A model generated the notes under the pieces. That model ran no database searches, had not been told where the DNA came from, and worked only from the letters and a program-made list of their open reading frames with translations. The translations under genes and the position numbers were made by a program. A stretch of DNA of 64,000 bases from Haliotis rubra (Eukaryota): assembly GCF_003918875.1 (NCBI RefSeq), contig NW_025767077.1, positions 868,001 through 932,000 on the forward strand, read 5' to 3'. Positions 8,891 to 23,326 of this stretch are shown one piece after another (within the stretch, counting starts at the first letter, position 1; every line of letters begins with the position of its first letter).

Positions 8891-10829
8891 ATTCTTTGAA
8901 GATACAATGTATATACAGTATAGACAAGGGTGTATTTTACGTTACGACGTTATAAGACCTTATACATAACATGAGCACATCTATATGATCATCTGGTAAG
9001 AAGTATGCAACCTAGTTCCATTTCCCGTCTCCTATATTTGCACTTTATCATTTGTTTAACTTGCGTGGCTCAAAATAATGACTGATGTATTTACGTTACG
9101 TATTCCACGTTATGGTACTTTACGTTACTTATTCCACGTTACGGTATTTTACGTTACAGTTCCATATATGGCTGTTTAACATCACATAATGTGCATACGC
9201 CACTAACAAATTTGATGACGCCATGAAAACATGTTGCGTCATTCATGCCGATTTCAATGTGCGTGCTGCTTATGATCTGAAGCTCTGAGGGGTTAATTGA
9301 TCGGTATGTAAGTACTGAACTTTCAACCTTATGATTCTTGTATATGTGTACAAGTCAAACTGTTAAACGTTTATCAGTGCGTGTAATGAAGATATTCTAA
9401 TGAGATGTATCAGGTATAATCATGCTCGGTAATGAAAAACATACTGAAATTACCATATGTCATTCGTAACGTAAAATACAGTTGCTGTAACGTAATATAC
9501 AGTTAGATTGTACTGGTGTTAAATGAACACAAATTCCTATATAATCCAACGTTTGTTGCTAAACGTTTGTTAGAGATATGTTATTTTATTTATTTGTATT
9601 TGCAGTTTTCTGAAAATGACAAAAAAAACTGCAGCCGTTATGTTTGACAGTATTTTACGTTACAGTTGTATTAAATGTTTATTACCTTACAGTGATACAT
9701 TTGATAACCACTATGGAGCAAATAACTATATTTCCAGGTCGCATAACTCCTCGACGTTGTCTATACATATAGAAATACCCGTGTAAGACATCCAGTATTA
9801 CTTCAGATGAACTAGAGAATCTATTTGGAAATTCTTGTTTGAAGTTTCAATATAACGGTCAAATTCTATATAACATCTGATTACTTTTTTGATTAATTTG
9901 TGTTGAAATTAACTTCAGTTTGTTAAAGGATTTTAGCAAAGAATTAAAACAAGTTGTACTATAGTTTTACATATATCTAACATTAAATTATTTTGTGTGA
10001 CGTAAAATAAACTATAAAATACCCCAAATGCTAGTAACTATCGTTTATTAGGAACCATAAGACATTGTATCCTATCCTTCTGTACATAGGTCAAGTAAAT
10101 AATACTTGTCGTTGTCATATCGAAGAAATTGTGTTCAGTTAAAAAAAATCCCATTTCCATGATCACAAATGTGCACGCTAACTGAGAATGAGTTAATAGA
10201 AATACCGGTTGCGCTACACCAGTGACACCAGTTGAGCAGATCAGTAGTGGTACATGAAACACAAGGAAGCTGAGAGTTATCTCCCTTCCGATAGTGCCGG
10301 TCGTCGCGTAGCTACCGATCTCAGCAAAACGACGCCATTGTTGTTGCTTGTATACATCTGCTGTATCTCGCCATTGTTGGTCAATAGCTATCTTCGATTT
10401 TGACGATCGCTTGAGTTTTTCCCCATACACTCCAGCAGTTACGTTCAAGGTACCAATGAATCCCAGTTTTGTGACTTTGTTTCAGTCTGTTGTTAAATAT
10501 GGCGACTGGCCGATGTGTATCTTTACTAACGATGTTAGCATTTTTGTTCTTGATGTCTGAAAAGACCCCTGTCAGTGTTACGTTGATCAATATGCTTCCT
10601 TAGATACTGTAAACGTGTTCCTTCTGTTTTTAACATCAGATTTTAGAGGTATTTTTAAAATGGCGAATCCTGTCATGTGTAACGAGCATTCTCTCAGACC
10701 GTATTACACTCGAGAGAACAGCTTATATTAATGACGATTAATGTCTCCAATGCCTACTTTACATAACTATGACTTTCAGTGTATTCATTATTTCAAGAAT
10801 TTTCATCACTTCTCCACAACACAGAAGTC

Positions 10830-11597
10830 ATGTTTCACCAGTTGCTCACCACTGCTGTCACTCCTGTCCCACGTCGAGTAGGTGTGCTAAGGTTTTAGAA
10901 TAAAACTAAATTATTGAAACTGAAACTTGTATCAGCTCCTGTAGGGAACTAAAATGTAAGTCACACAGTATTTGTTTTCACAACAGGTCAATGTCTGAGA
11001 CAAAATGCCCCGTGTCCAAGTGTTCATGTTCCATGACCTTCTCCTGTATGGCCAATTGTTCCGGTACACATGCATTACACCGGACCCTAACCCTCTCTAA
11101 ATAATGCTAATGAATAAAATATATTGACCGTGGCAAGAAAATGGCTGTCGTGTCCGGTATGATGCATTCTTACCGTCTTTCCTTACCCAGCATACAACCC
11201 GCCCTTCATATCACCCTTGTCTCATTATTTCTCTGTTCCCACTTCCACCCACCAGCGTCCTTGTGTGTTCCACCCTGAGCCCCTGTCCAACCTTCCCACC
11301 TCCTACATCTCTGTCCCCGACCCAGTCCCCGCCTCTGTTTCTGTTAACATCACCGGCCAAGTTATTGTGGCTGACACTGACTTTGTGGAGATAGATCTGG
11401 GCAGTGAGGCAGACACACAACCCCGCCCACCCCAGTCCTTCCTGAGAGCCTTGCTGTCCCGTTTCATCCGTCTGGTGAAAAGAGTCTTCACCTCCAACAA
11501 AAAAACGACGTATAAAGTGCCATTTTGTGGGACATTTGTGGCAAATATGTCACAAACAACACCTGTTATAATTTCCAGTTGTTTGTTATTTCGTTAG
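10830..11597 (+). CDS. Candidate small orphan protein, copy 2 (exons 10830-10877 + 11256-11597; C-terminus extended by an A-tract frameshift)
   Basis: Same ATG, donor and acceptor as copy 1. Two extra A in the AACAAAAAC tract give ...SNKKTTYKVPFCG...FR*. Confidence 0.4.
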
Positions 11598-12073
11598 TAA
11601 ACTTTGTTTTGTTTTGTGTTCAAATTGTTGTTTGCTGCATTATTTTGTTATATGAAGTATTCACTACTTATGTTACATAATGGATCACAGTCAAGCATAA
11701 CCATAAGCTCCCAGTGACATTACAGAATTTTGCAGCCCCATTTTGTCTGTCGGGAAACGTTTGTAGATCTCCACAGGTCTGTGACATCATGGCGAAAACG
11801 TATAGTATATGCAATAGGTGCGTTTTGTTCGCGCATACACATCCAGAATGGGATTTGAAAATTTGTTGTGAACATAAAATACCGCCTTATTCTTAATTTC
11901 TCATGCCACCTGATGTCCAAATACATTTTTAATCATTGAAACCTTGTAATCTAGAGATCGAAGGAGTGGTGTTTTACACTGCTGTTAGCATTATTCCGGC
12001 CATATCAGGGTGTAGGAGGTACATCAAGTTGGTGACATCCGGATTATATATGGCAGCCGTTCCTGCTTCATTC

Positions 12074-12239
12074 GGGGCGGTGGGGTAGTCTAGTGGTTAA
12101 AGCGTTGGCTCGTCACGCCGAAGACCCGGGTTCGAATCCCCACATGGGTACAATGAGTTAAGCCCATTTCTGGTGTCCCCCGCCGTGATATTGCTGGAAT
12201 ATTGCTAAAAGCGGCGTAAAACCAAACTCTGTCAGTCAG
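12074..12239 (+). mobile_element. tRNA-derived SINE family A (~165 bp), specific to copy 2, 13-bp TSD
   Basis: ggggcggtggggtagtctagtggttaaagcg...gggttcgaatccc...gcggcgtaaaaccaaactc. TSD tcctgcttcattc at 12061-12073 and 12240-12252. Empty site in the other copies. Confidence 0.92.
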
Positions 12240-14779
12240 TCCTGCTTCATTCCGACGGATTGTGATGATTTAAGCATAAGGACTACACGGTATTACCGGT
12301 ATACCGGTATATTGCATATTTTCAAATGATACGTGTGGCAATAGTTTTTTTTTTCTGAGAATTGGTATATTTGGTAAAAAACATATAAAGTTTATTTGAA
12401 TGTCTTTATGGTTTAAATTAAAATCTACACAGACTTTCACTCACAACAAATATTTTCCTTCCTTATTCAATGACAAAACGGCACACTGTAATCCTACAAA
12501 TTGTATTTAAAAAATAAAATCCATGATTTTGAGATTGCTGCTATCAGAACCATTACATATATGTTAAGGGACTTATAATGTAGAAAATAAGATAGCCATG
12601 CACAATTAGTGTCACTCACTGGCAAACACTTAAGTTCCGATATATCGCAATACGTATCGCACTACATTGCAAAACAATTTATTTGCCAATACACAGCCCT
12701 ATTAAGCATACAGGTTACAGTTATCACAAGTCCGTGATTTACAGCAGGTATGAAGTATTTACAGTTTACACTCTAGTGAGGTATTTTGATACTCGCCGAT
12801 TGTCATTTTAATCTTGGTTGTCCAAGGTCCGGTTGTTTGTGATCTGGTCAGTGTGACGTAGGTTTGCATACATTTACATTACATGGGTTCAGTTCCAGTT
12901 GCTGTAAGTTCATATATTTTCAAGTTTCAAAGTTCATTATACAATTTATTTGTTTACAGTCCAGGAATATCAGTCGTGGGAGAGATACAGACAAGTACCA
13001 GGTTCTACATCCATGATGTGACAGACAATGCCCAGCGACTGATGTAACCAGTACAGTTGACAGCCGGTATCGTGTCTCCAAACTCGAGACCTTGTACAAG
13101 ATTTTTCAGTTCAGAGAATAAGTAATAAACTCGTTTCTGAAGTTCATCTCGTTGTTGTGTGATCCTTCTATATTTTGCGGTATTTAGCGGTATAGGAAAT
13201 ACTGGGAATCTGAGGGTTATCTCCCTCTCGGTTATGCCGTTCGTTGCTTAGCTACCGAACGACACCATTGTTGTTGCTAGAATACATCTGCTTTATCTCG
13301 CCATTGTCAGTCTATATCTTCCTTCGATTTTGAACTACGCTTGAGTTTAGTAACATGCAGTCAAGTAGTTTCTTTCAAGGTACCAATTATTCCCGGTTTT
13401 AGGACTTTGTCCCACTGTTCAGTGTGGTTGATGGGCCGATGTGTACTGCCAGCATTTTTGTTCGCCATCAGCTGATGAAATACCAGCGCCTTGAGCATGC
13501 ACTAGTTGCACTAGTTGAACAGATTTCGTATATCAACATTTAGGTGTGTACGTTGACAAACGTAAGGGGCCTACTAACGTTCATTGATTCATTCATTCAT
13601 AGGATATTTATATATAGCGCACATATCCTCACAACTAGTGCATGCTCAAGGCGCTGGTATTTCATCAGCTGATTTTAAGCAGCAGTCTCCCTGGTCATGG
13701 CACCACAGGGCAGAAGGAAATATGTTCCTGGTTTATTGGTCTGACCAAAAGTGTCGCTTTTCCCCTTTATCGGTATTATCTTTGTATTGTGGATTAAAGG
13801 CGTAGTTGTGCCGTATTCGAATTCCCCTTTTCGTAGACATTCAAAGACTTTCTGTGGAGTGATGGCAAACGTACACTTGACCAGACCTAAAGGCTATTAA
13901 TCTTCAGCTATACCCAATCAAAACACGCTCGCACGCACTCACGCACAAACGCATATCAGCACACACATGCATGGAGCGTCAAGTGCAGTTTGTACTTTCA
14001 TTTCTGGAAAAGCATGTTACCGTTACACGCACTTGACAGTCCAGTTTACATCGAAAGTCCGGACGCTCGGGACAGAACTTGAGCGGACTTCGGAAGCATA
14101 ATACTCTCTTAACTGGGACCAAAGGCCTCTCCCCGACTGAATGTCAATACGGCCTAATGTAAAATTATTCTTGTTTCACATTACCACCCGACCCAAAACT
14201 TCGACCCAACCCAACGATTTTTAAAAAAAAATTACACTAGAGAAAATGCAACTTTGACTCTCAAAGTGTGCATGGATTTTCACACTTCTATGTTTTGATT
14301 TTCTATCGGAGAAAAGGAGTAAAAATCCACAGAAATTAAGTGGTTTGGGACATAAAAGAAAATAGAATCCGTCCGACCGACCCATATTTTTTTGAAAAAG
14401 TGATGAATAACAAGAATATTGTTTTTATGTGGCCTTACAATGCCTTTTTTCTACAATTTCATAAACAGCAATGGCTGGTAGATTTGGGCTGTTGAAAAAT
14501 TGATCATTTACACTCGTTATCAGGAACGCTAGCGATGCGCTCCCGCAGCCACGTGTAATACATATTTCACCCTGTTTGGCTACAAGCCTATTGACTAAAG
14601 CACTCATTCTCACTCAACCTGCACATTGACTCTATTGCGTTGTCGCATGATTGTAAGTGCAAAAATATTGATAGTTTGGAAATAAAGATACATTGGGTAT
14701 TATGTGTTAATTTACCATTACCATTTCCATAATACATGAAAAGTATATTCTTACGATATGCAAAACATCCCATTTAAGT

Positions 14780-15131
14780 GACTGCTGCCGTGGTGTAGTG
14801 GTTAGAGCGTCCGCCCGGAGAGCGGAAGGTCGCGGGTTCGATCCCCGACCGCGTCATACCAAAAGACGTTAAAATATGGTACTTGTTGGTCCCTGCCTGG
14901 CGCTCGGCATAAATGGGTACATCAAGGACTAGTCGGCTCGGAGTCAGTATAATGTGTCTGAGTGGGGTATTCATGCTTCACTGCGGCATGGTATCTCGGT
15001 GGGCTAGCACTATAAAACCAGCTTAAGTCTTGGCTAGTACAAGCAGCCGCACGTACGCATACACACGCATATACGTCGTCATATGAGCGAAATATTCTCA
15101 AGCACGACGTAAAACCCAATTTCACCTCACC
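14780..15131 (+). mobile_element. tRNA-derived SINE family B (inherited through the segmental duplication)
   Basis: Near-identical to 202-556, same TSD. Confidence 0.9.
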
Positions 15132-16810
15132 TCCCATTTAAGTTAAACGTTGCATGTCGCCAGCGAGGGTGTATATATTTGTTGCATCAAAAATAACACT
15201 AGTGATAGTGAATGTAATCTTTTATGCATCACGTGGAAGATATCATGCTGAATGTTACTGTGAGTTGGCCATTTAACCTAATATTTGAGATTTTAATGAA
15301 ATTCCACTGTCGACAATTCTTTGAAGATACAATGCATATACAGTATAGACAAGGGTGTATTTTACGTTACAACGTTATAAGACCTTATACATAACATGAG
15401 CACATCTATATGATCATCTGGTAAGAAGTATGCAACCTAGTTCCATTTCCCGTCTCCTATATTTGCACTTTATCATTTGTTTAACTTGCGTGGCTCAAAA
15501 TAATGACTGATGTTTTTACGTTACGTATTGCACGTTACGGTACTTTACGTTACTTATTCCACTTTACGGTATTTTACGTTACAGTTCCTTATATGGCTGT
15601 TTAACATCACATAATGTGCATACGCCACTAACAAATTTGATGACGCCATGAAAACATGTTGCGTCATTCATGCCGATTTCAATGTACGAGTTGCTCATGA
15701 GCTGAAGCTCTGAGGGGTTAATTCATCGGTATGTAAGTACTGAAGTTTCAACCTTATGATTCTTGTATATGTGTACAAGTCAAACTGTTAAACGTTTATC
15801 AGTGCGTGTAATGAAGATATTCTAATGAGATGTATCAGGTATAATCATGCTCGGTAATGAAAAACATACTGAAATTACCATATGTTATTCGTAACGTAAA
15901 ATACAGTTGCTGTAACGTAATATACAGTCAGATTGCACTGGTGTTAAATGAACACAAATTCCTATATAATCCAACGTTTGTTGCTAAACGTTTGTTAGAG
16001 ATATGTTATTTATTTATTTGTATTTGCAGTTTTCTGAAAAATGACAAAAAAAACTGCAGCCGTTATGTTTGACAGTATTTTACGTTACAGTTGTATTAAA
16101 TGTTTATTACCTTACAGTGATACATTTGATAACCACTATGGAGCAAATAACTATATTTCCAGGTCGCATAACTCCTCGACGTTGTCTATAAATATAGAAA
16201 TGCCTGTGTAACACATTCAATATTACTTTAGATGAACTAGAGAATCTATTTGGAAAGATTTCCATGATCACAAATGTGCACGCTAACTGAGAATGAGTGA
16301 AATACCGGTTGCGCCACACTAGTGACACCAGTTAAGCAGATCAGTAGTGGTACATGAAACACAAGGAAACTGGGAGTTATCTCCCTTCCGATAGTGCCGG
16401 TCGTCGCGTAGCTACCGATCTCAGCAAAACGACGCCATTGTTGTTGCTTGTTTACATCTGCTGTATCTCGCCATTGTTGGTCAATATCTATCTTCGATTT
16501 TGACGATCGCTTGAGTTTTTCCCCATACAGTCAAGCAGTTACGTTCAAGGTACCAATGAATCCCAGTTTTGTGACTTTGTTTCAGTCTGTTGTTAAATAT
16601 GGCGACTGGCCGATGTGTATCTTTACTAACGATGTTAGCATTTTTGTTCTTGATGTCTGAAAAGACCCCTGTCAGTGTTACGTTGATCAATATGCTTCTT
16701 TGGGCCGTATTACACTCGAGAGAACAGCTTATATTACTTGTACTTAACTATGACTTTCAGTGTATTCTTTATTTCAAGAAGTTTCATCACTTCTCCACAA
16801 CACAGAGGTC

Positions 16811-17553
16811 ATGTTTCACCAGTTGCTTACCACTGCTGTCACTCCTGTCCCACGTCGAGTAGGTGTGCTAAGGTTTTAGAATAAAACTAAATTATTGAAA
16901 CTGAAACTTGTATCAGCTCCTGTAGGGAACTAAAATGTAAGTCACACAGTATTTGTTTTCACAACAGGTCAATTTCTGAGACAAAATGCCTCGTGTCAAA
17001 GTGTTCATGTTCCATAACCTTCTCCTGTATGGCCAATTGTTCCGGTACACATGCATTACACCGGACCCTAACCCTCTCTAAATAATCCTAATGAATAAAA
17101 TATATTGACCGTGGCAAGAAAATGGCTTTCGTGTCCCGTATGATGCATTCTTACCGTCTTTCCTTACCCAGCATACAACCCGCCCTTCATACCAGCCTTG
17201 TCTCATTATTTCTCTGTTCCCACTTCCCTCCCCACTAGCGTCCTTGTGTGTTCCACCCTGAGCCCCTGTCCAACCTTCCCACCTCCTCCATCTCTGTCCC
17301 CGACCCAGTCCCTGCCTCTGTTTCTGTCAACATCACCGGCCAAGTTATTGTGGCTGACACTGACTTTATTGAGATAGATCTGGGCAGTGAGGCAGACACA
17401 CAACCCCGCCTACCCCAGTCCTTCCTGAGAGCCTTGCTGTCCCGTTTCATCCGTCTGGTGAAAAAGAGTCTTCACCTCCAACAAAAACGACGTATAAAGT
17501 GCCATTTTGTGGGACATTTGTGGCAAATAAGTCACAAACAACATCTGTTATAA
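16811..17553 (+). CDS. Candidate small orphan protein, copy 3 (exons 16811-16858 + 17239-17553; alternative C-terminus from a +1 A)
   Basis: Same structure with acceptor cccactag|CGT. GTGAAAAAGAG shifts the frame after RLVK. Confidence 0.4.
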
Positions 17554-17638
17554 TTTCCAGTTGTTTGTTATTTCGTTAGTAAACTTTGTTTTGTTTTTTT
17601 GTTCAAATTGTTGTTTGCTGCATTATTTTGTTATATGA

Positions 17639-17718
17639 CTGACTGACTGACTGAGTTTGGTTTTACGCCGACTTTTAGCAATATTCCAGCAACATCACGG
17701 CGGGGGACACCAGAAATG
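17639..17718 (-). mobile_element. 5'-truncated SINE family A, specific to copy 3, 12-bp TSD
   Basis: (gact)n tail plus gagtttggttttacgccg...ggacaccagaaatg. TSD tttgttatatga at 17627-17638 and 17719-17730. Confidence 0.88.
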
Positions 17719-20700
17719 TTTGTTATATGAAGTATTCGCTACGTATGTTACATAATGGATCACAGTCAAGCATAACCCAAAGCTTCCAGTGACATTACAG
17801 AATTTTGCAGACCCATTTGTCTATCGGGAAACGTTTGTAGATCTCCACAGGTCTGTGACATCATGGCGAAAACGTATAGTATATGCAATAGGTGCGTTTT
17901 GTTCGCGCATACACATCCAGAATGGGATTTGAAAATTTGTAGCGATAAAATACCGCCTTATTCTTAATTTCTCATGCCACCCGATGTCCAAATACATTTT
18001 TAATCATTGAAACCTTGAAATCTAGAGATCGAATGAGTGGTGTTTTTCACTGCACGCTGTTACCATTATTCCGGCCATATCAGGGCGTAGGAGGTACATC
18101 ATGTTGTTGACATCCGGATTACATATGGCAGCCGTTCCTGCTTCATTCCGACGGATTGTGATGATTTAAGCATAAGGACTGCACGTTATACCGGTATATT
18201 GCATATTTTCAAATGATACGTATGGCAATAGTTTTTTCTGAGATTGGTATATTGGGTAAAGAACATAAAGTTTGTTTGAATGTCTTTATGGTTTAAATTA
18301 AAATCTACACAGTCTTTCATTCACAACAAATATTTCCTTCCTTATTCAATGACAAAACGGCACACTGTAATCCTATAAATTGTATTTAAAAAATAAAATC
18401 CATGACTATGCAACCTAATTTTGAGATTGCTGCTATCAGAACCATAACATATGTCTAGGGACTTATAATGTAGAAAATAAGATTGCCATGCACAATTAGT
18501 GTCACTCACTGTCCCACACTTAAGTTCCCGATATATCGCAATACATATCGCACTACATTGCAAGACAATTTATTTGCCAATACACAGCCTTATTAAGCAT
18601 ACAGGTTACAGTTATCACAAGTCCGTGATTTATAGCAGGTATGAAGTATTACAGTTTACCGTCTAGTGAGGTATTTTGATACTCGCCGATTGTCATCGTG
18701 ATCAGGGTGATCCAAGGTCCGGTTGTTTGTGATCTGGTCAGTGTGACGTAGGTTTGCATACATTTACATTACATGGGTTCAGTTCCAGTTGCTGTAAGTT
18801 GATATATTTTCAAGTTTCAAAGTTCATTATACAATGTATTTGTTTACAGTCCAGGAATATCAGTCGTGGGAGAGATAAAGACAAGTACCAGGTTCTACAT
18901 CCATGATGTGACAGACAATGCCCAGCAACTGATGTATCCAGTACAGTTGACAGCCGGTATCGTGTCTCCAAACTCGAGACCTTGTACAAGATTTTTCAGT
19001 TCAGAGAATAAGTAATAAACTCGTTTCTGAAGTTCATCTCGTTGTTGTGTGATCCTTCTATATTTTGCGGTATTTAGCGGTATAGGAAATACTGGGAATC
19101 TGAGGGTTATCTCCCTCTCGGTTATGCCGTTCGTTGCTAAGCTACCGAACGACACCATTGTTGTTGCTAGAATACATCTGCTTTATCTCGCCATTGTCAG
19201 TCTATATCTTCCTTCGATTTTGAACTACGCTTGAGTTTAGTAACATGCAGTCAAGTAGTTACTTTCAAGGTACCAATTATTCCCGGTTTTAGGACTTTGT
19301 CCCACTGTTCAGTGTGGTTGATGGGCCGATGTGTACTGCCAGCATTTTTATTCGCCATCAGCTGATGAAATACCAGCGCCTTGAGCATGCACTAGTTGCA
19401 CTAGTTGAACAGATTTCGTATATCAACATTTAGGTGTGTACGTTGACAAACGTAAGGGGTCTACTAACGTTCATTGATTCATTCATTCATAGGATATTTA
19501 TATATAGCGCACATATCCTCACAACTAGTGCATGCTCAAGGCGCTGGTATTTCATCAGCTGATTTTAAGCAGCAGTCTCCCTGGTCATGGCACCACAGAG
19601 GCAGAAGGAAATATGTTTCCGGTTTATTGGTCTGACCAAAAGTGTCGCTTTTCCCCTTTATCGGTATTATCTTTGTATTGTGGATTAAAGGCGTAGTTGT
19701 GCCGTATTCGAATGCCCCTTTTCGTAGACATTCAAAGACTTTCAGGAGAGTTATGGCAAACTTGCACTTGACCAGACGAAAGGGGTATTAATCTTCAGCT
19801 ATACCCAATCAAAACACGCTCGTACGCACTCACGCACACACATGCATGGAGCGTCAAGTGCAGTTTGTACTTTCATTTCTAGAAAAGCATGTTACCGTTA
19901 CACGCACTTGACAGTCCAGTTTACATCGAAAGTCCGGACGCTCGGGGCAGACCTTGAGCGGACTTCGCAAAACATAATACTCTCTTAACTGGGGCCATAG
20001 GCCTCTCCCCGACTGAATGTCAATACGGCCAAATGTAAAATTATTCTTGTTTCACATTACCACCCGACTCAAAACTTCGACCTGACCCAACGATTTTATA
20101 TATTTTTTACACTAGAGAAAATGCAACTTTGACTCTCAAAATGTGCATGGATTTTTCACACTTCTAAGTTTTGATTTTCTATCAGGGAAAAGGTGTAAAT
20201 ATCCACAGAAATTAAGTGGTTTGGGACATAAAAGAAAATTAAATACAAAAAAGAAAATCCGTGTAAAAATATTAAAAGTTAGTTTAGAAATATAGATACA
20301 CTGGGTATTATGTGTTAATTTACCATTACCATTTCCATAATACATGAAAAATATATTCTTACGATATGTGTAACAACCCATTTGAGTTAAAAGTTGCATG
20401 TCGCCAGCGACGGTGTATATATTTGTTGCATCAAAAATAACACTGGTGATAGTGAATGTTATCATTTCATGCATCACGTGGACGATAGCATGCTGAATTT
20501 TACAGTGAGTTGGTCATTTAACCTAATATTTGAGGGTATTAGTAAGATTTTAATGAAATTCCACTGTCGCCAATTCTTTGGTATTTTACGTTATGCTCCA
20601 AAAGAAAGAAAACAACATGAAAAGAGAAAAGAATACACCCAGGAACGTTAAGAAAGTAATCGCTCATGTTTTATTGAAGACACTGAACATCAAATCTATT

Positions 20701-22640
20701 TGTTGTAATAACTTGTTAAACTATATGTTGGGAAGATACAATCATATACAGTATAGATAAGGGTGTATTTTACGTTACGACGTTATAAGACCATATACAT
20801 AACTTGAGCACATCTATATGATCATCTGGTAAGAAGTATGCAACCTAGTTCCTTTTCCCGTCTCCTATATTTGCACTATGTCATTTGTTTAACTTGCGTG
20901 GCTCAAAATAATGACTGATGTATTTTACGTTACGTATTCCACGTTACGGTACTTTACGTTACTTATTCCACGTTACGGTATTTTACGTTACAGTTCCATA
21001 TATGGCTGTTTAACATCACATAATGTGCATACGCCACTAACAAATTTGATGACGCCATGAAAACATGTTACGTCATTCATGCCGATTTCAATGTGCGTGC
21101 TGCTCATGATCTGAAGCTCTGAGGGGTTAAATCATCGGTATGTAAGTACTGAACTTTCAACCTTATGATTCTTGTATATGTGTACAAGTCAAACTGTTAA
21201 ACGTTTATCAGTGCGTGTAATGAAGATAGTCTAATGAGATGTATCATGTATAATCATGCTCGGTAATGAAAAACACACTGAAATTACCATATGGCATTCG
21301 TAACGTAAAATACAGTTGCTGTAACGTAATATACAGTTAGATTGTACTGGCGTTAAATGAACACAAATTCCTATATAATCCAACGTTTGTTGCTAAACGT
21401 TTGTTAGAGATATGTCATTAATTTATTTGTATTTGCAGTTTTCTGAAAATGACAAAAACTGCAGCCGTTATGTTTGACAGTATCTTACGTTACAGTTGTA
21501 TTAAATGTTTATTACCTTACAGTGATACATTTAATAACCACTATGGAGCAAATAACTATATTTCCAGGTCGCATAACTCCTTGACGTTGTCTATAAATAT
21601 AGAAATGCCAGTGTAAGACATTCAATATTACTTTAGATGAACTAGAGAATCTATTTGGAAATTCTTGTATGAAGTTTCACCAATTGTCAATATAACGGTC
21701 AAATTCTATATAACATCTGATTACTTTTTTGATTTATTTGTGTTGAAATTAACTTTAGTTTGTTAAAGGATTTAGCAAACAATTAAAACAAGTTGTACTA
21801 TAGTTTTACATATATCTAACATTAAATTATTTTGTGTGACGTAAAATAAACTATTAAATACCTCAAATGCTAGTAACTGCCGTTTATTAACAAACCATAA
21901 GGCATTGTATCCTATCATTCTGTACATAGGTCAAGTAAATAATACTTGCCGTTGTCATATCGAAGAAATTGTGTTCAGATAAAAATATAATCCGATTTCC
22001 ATGATCACAAATGTACACGCTAACTGAGAATGAGTGAAATACCGGTTGCACTACACCAGTGACACCAGTTAAGCAGATCAGTAGTGGTACATGAAACACA
22101 AGGAAACTGAGAGTTATCTCCCTTCCGATAGTGCCGATCGTCGCGCAGCTACCGATCTCAGCAAAACGACGCCATTGTTGTTGCTTGTATACATCTGCTG
22201 TATCTCGCCATTGTTGGTCAATCTATCTTCGATTTTGACGATCGCTTGAGTTTTTTCCCCATACAGTCAAGCAGTTACGTTCAAGGTACCAATGAATCCG
22301 TGTTTTGTGACTTTGTTTCAGTCTGTTGTTAAATATGGCGACTGGCCGATGTGTATCTTTACTAACGATGTTTGCATTTTTGTTCTTGATGTCTGAAAAG
22401 ACCCCTGGCAGTGTTACGTTGATCAATATGCTTCCTTGGATACTGTAAACGTGTTCTTTCTGTTTTTAACATCTGATTTTAGAGGTTTTCTGAAAATGGC
22501 GAATCCTTTCATGTGTAACGAACATTCTCTCAGACCGTATTACACTCGAGGGAACAGCTTATATTACTTGTACTTAACTATGACTTTCAGTGTATTCTTT
22601 ATTTCAAGAAGTTTCATCACTTCTCCACAACACAGAGGTC

Positions 22641-23326
22641 ATGTTTCACCAGTTGCTTACCACTGCTGTCACTCCTGTCCCACGTCGAGTAGGTGTGCTA
22701 AGGTTTTAGAATAAAACTAAATTATTGAAACTGAAACTTGTATCAGCTCCTGTAGGGAACTAAAATGTATGTCACACAGTATTTGTTTTCACAACAGGTC
22801 AATTTCTGAGACAAAATGCCTCGTGTCCAAGTGTTCATGTTCCATAACCTTCTCCTGTATGGTCAATTGTTCCGGTATACATGCATTACACCCGACCCTA
22901 ACCCTCTCTAAATAATCCTAATGAATAAAATATATTGACCGTGGCAAGAAAATGGCTGTCGTGTCCCGTATGATTCATTCTTACCGTCTTTCCTTACCCA
23001 GCATACAACCTGCCCTTCATATCAGCCTTGTCTCATTATTTCTCTGTTCCCACTTCCCTCCCCACTAGCGTCCTTGTGTGTTCCACCCTGAACCCCTGTC
23101 CAACCTTCCCACCTCCTACATCTCTGTCCCCGACCCAGTCCCCGCCTCTGTTTCTGTCAACATCACCGGCCAAGTTATTGTGGCTGACACTGACTTTGTG
23201 GAGATAGATCTGGGCAGTGAGGCAGACACACAACCCCGCCCACCCCAGTCCTTCCTGAGAGCCTTGCTGTCCCGTTTCATCCGTCTAGTGAAAAGAGTCT
23301 TCACCTCCAACAAAAACGACGTATAA
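22641..23326 (+). CDS. Candidate small orphan protein, copy 4 (exons 22641-22688 + 23069-23326; 101 aa)
   Basis: Same exon lengths as copy 1 (48 + 258 nt), intact frame ending SNKNDV*. Confidence 0.5.
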
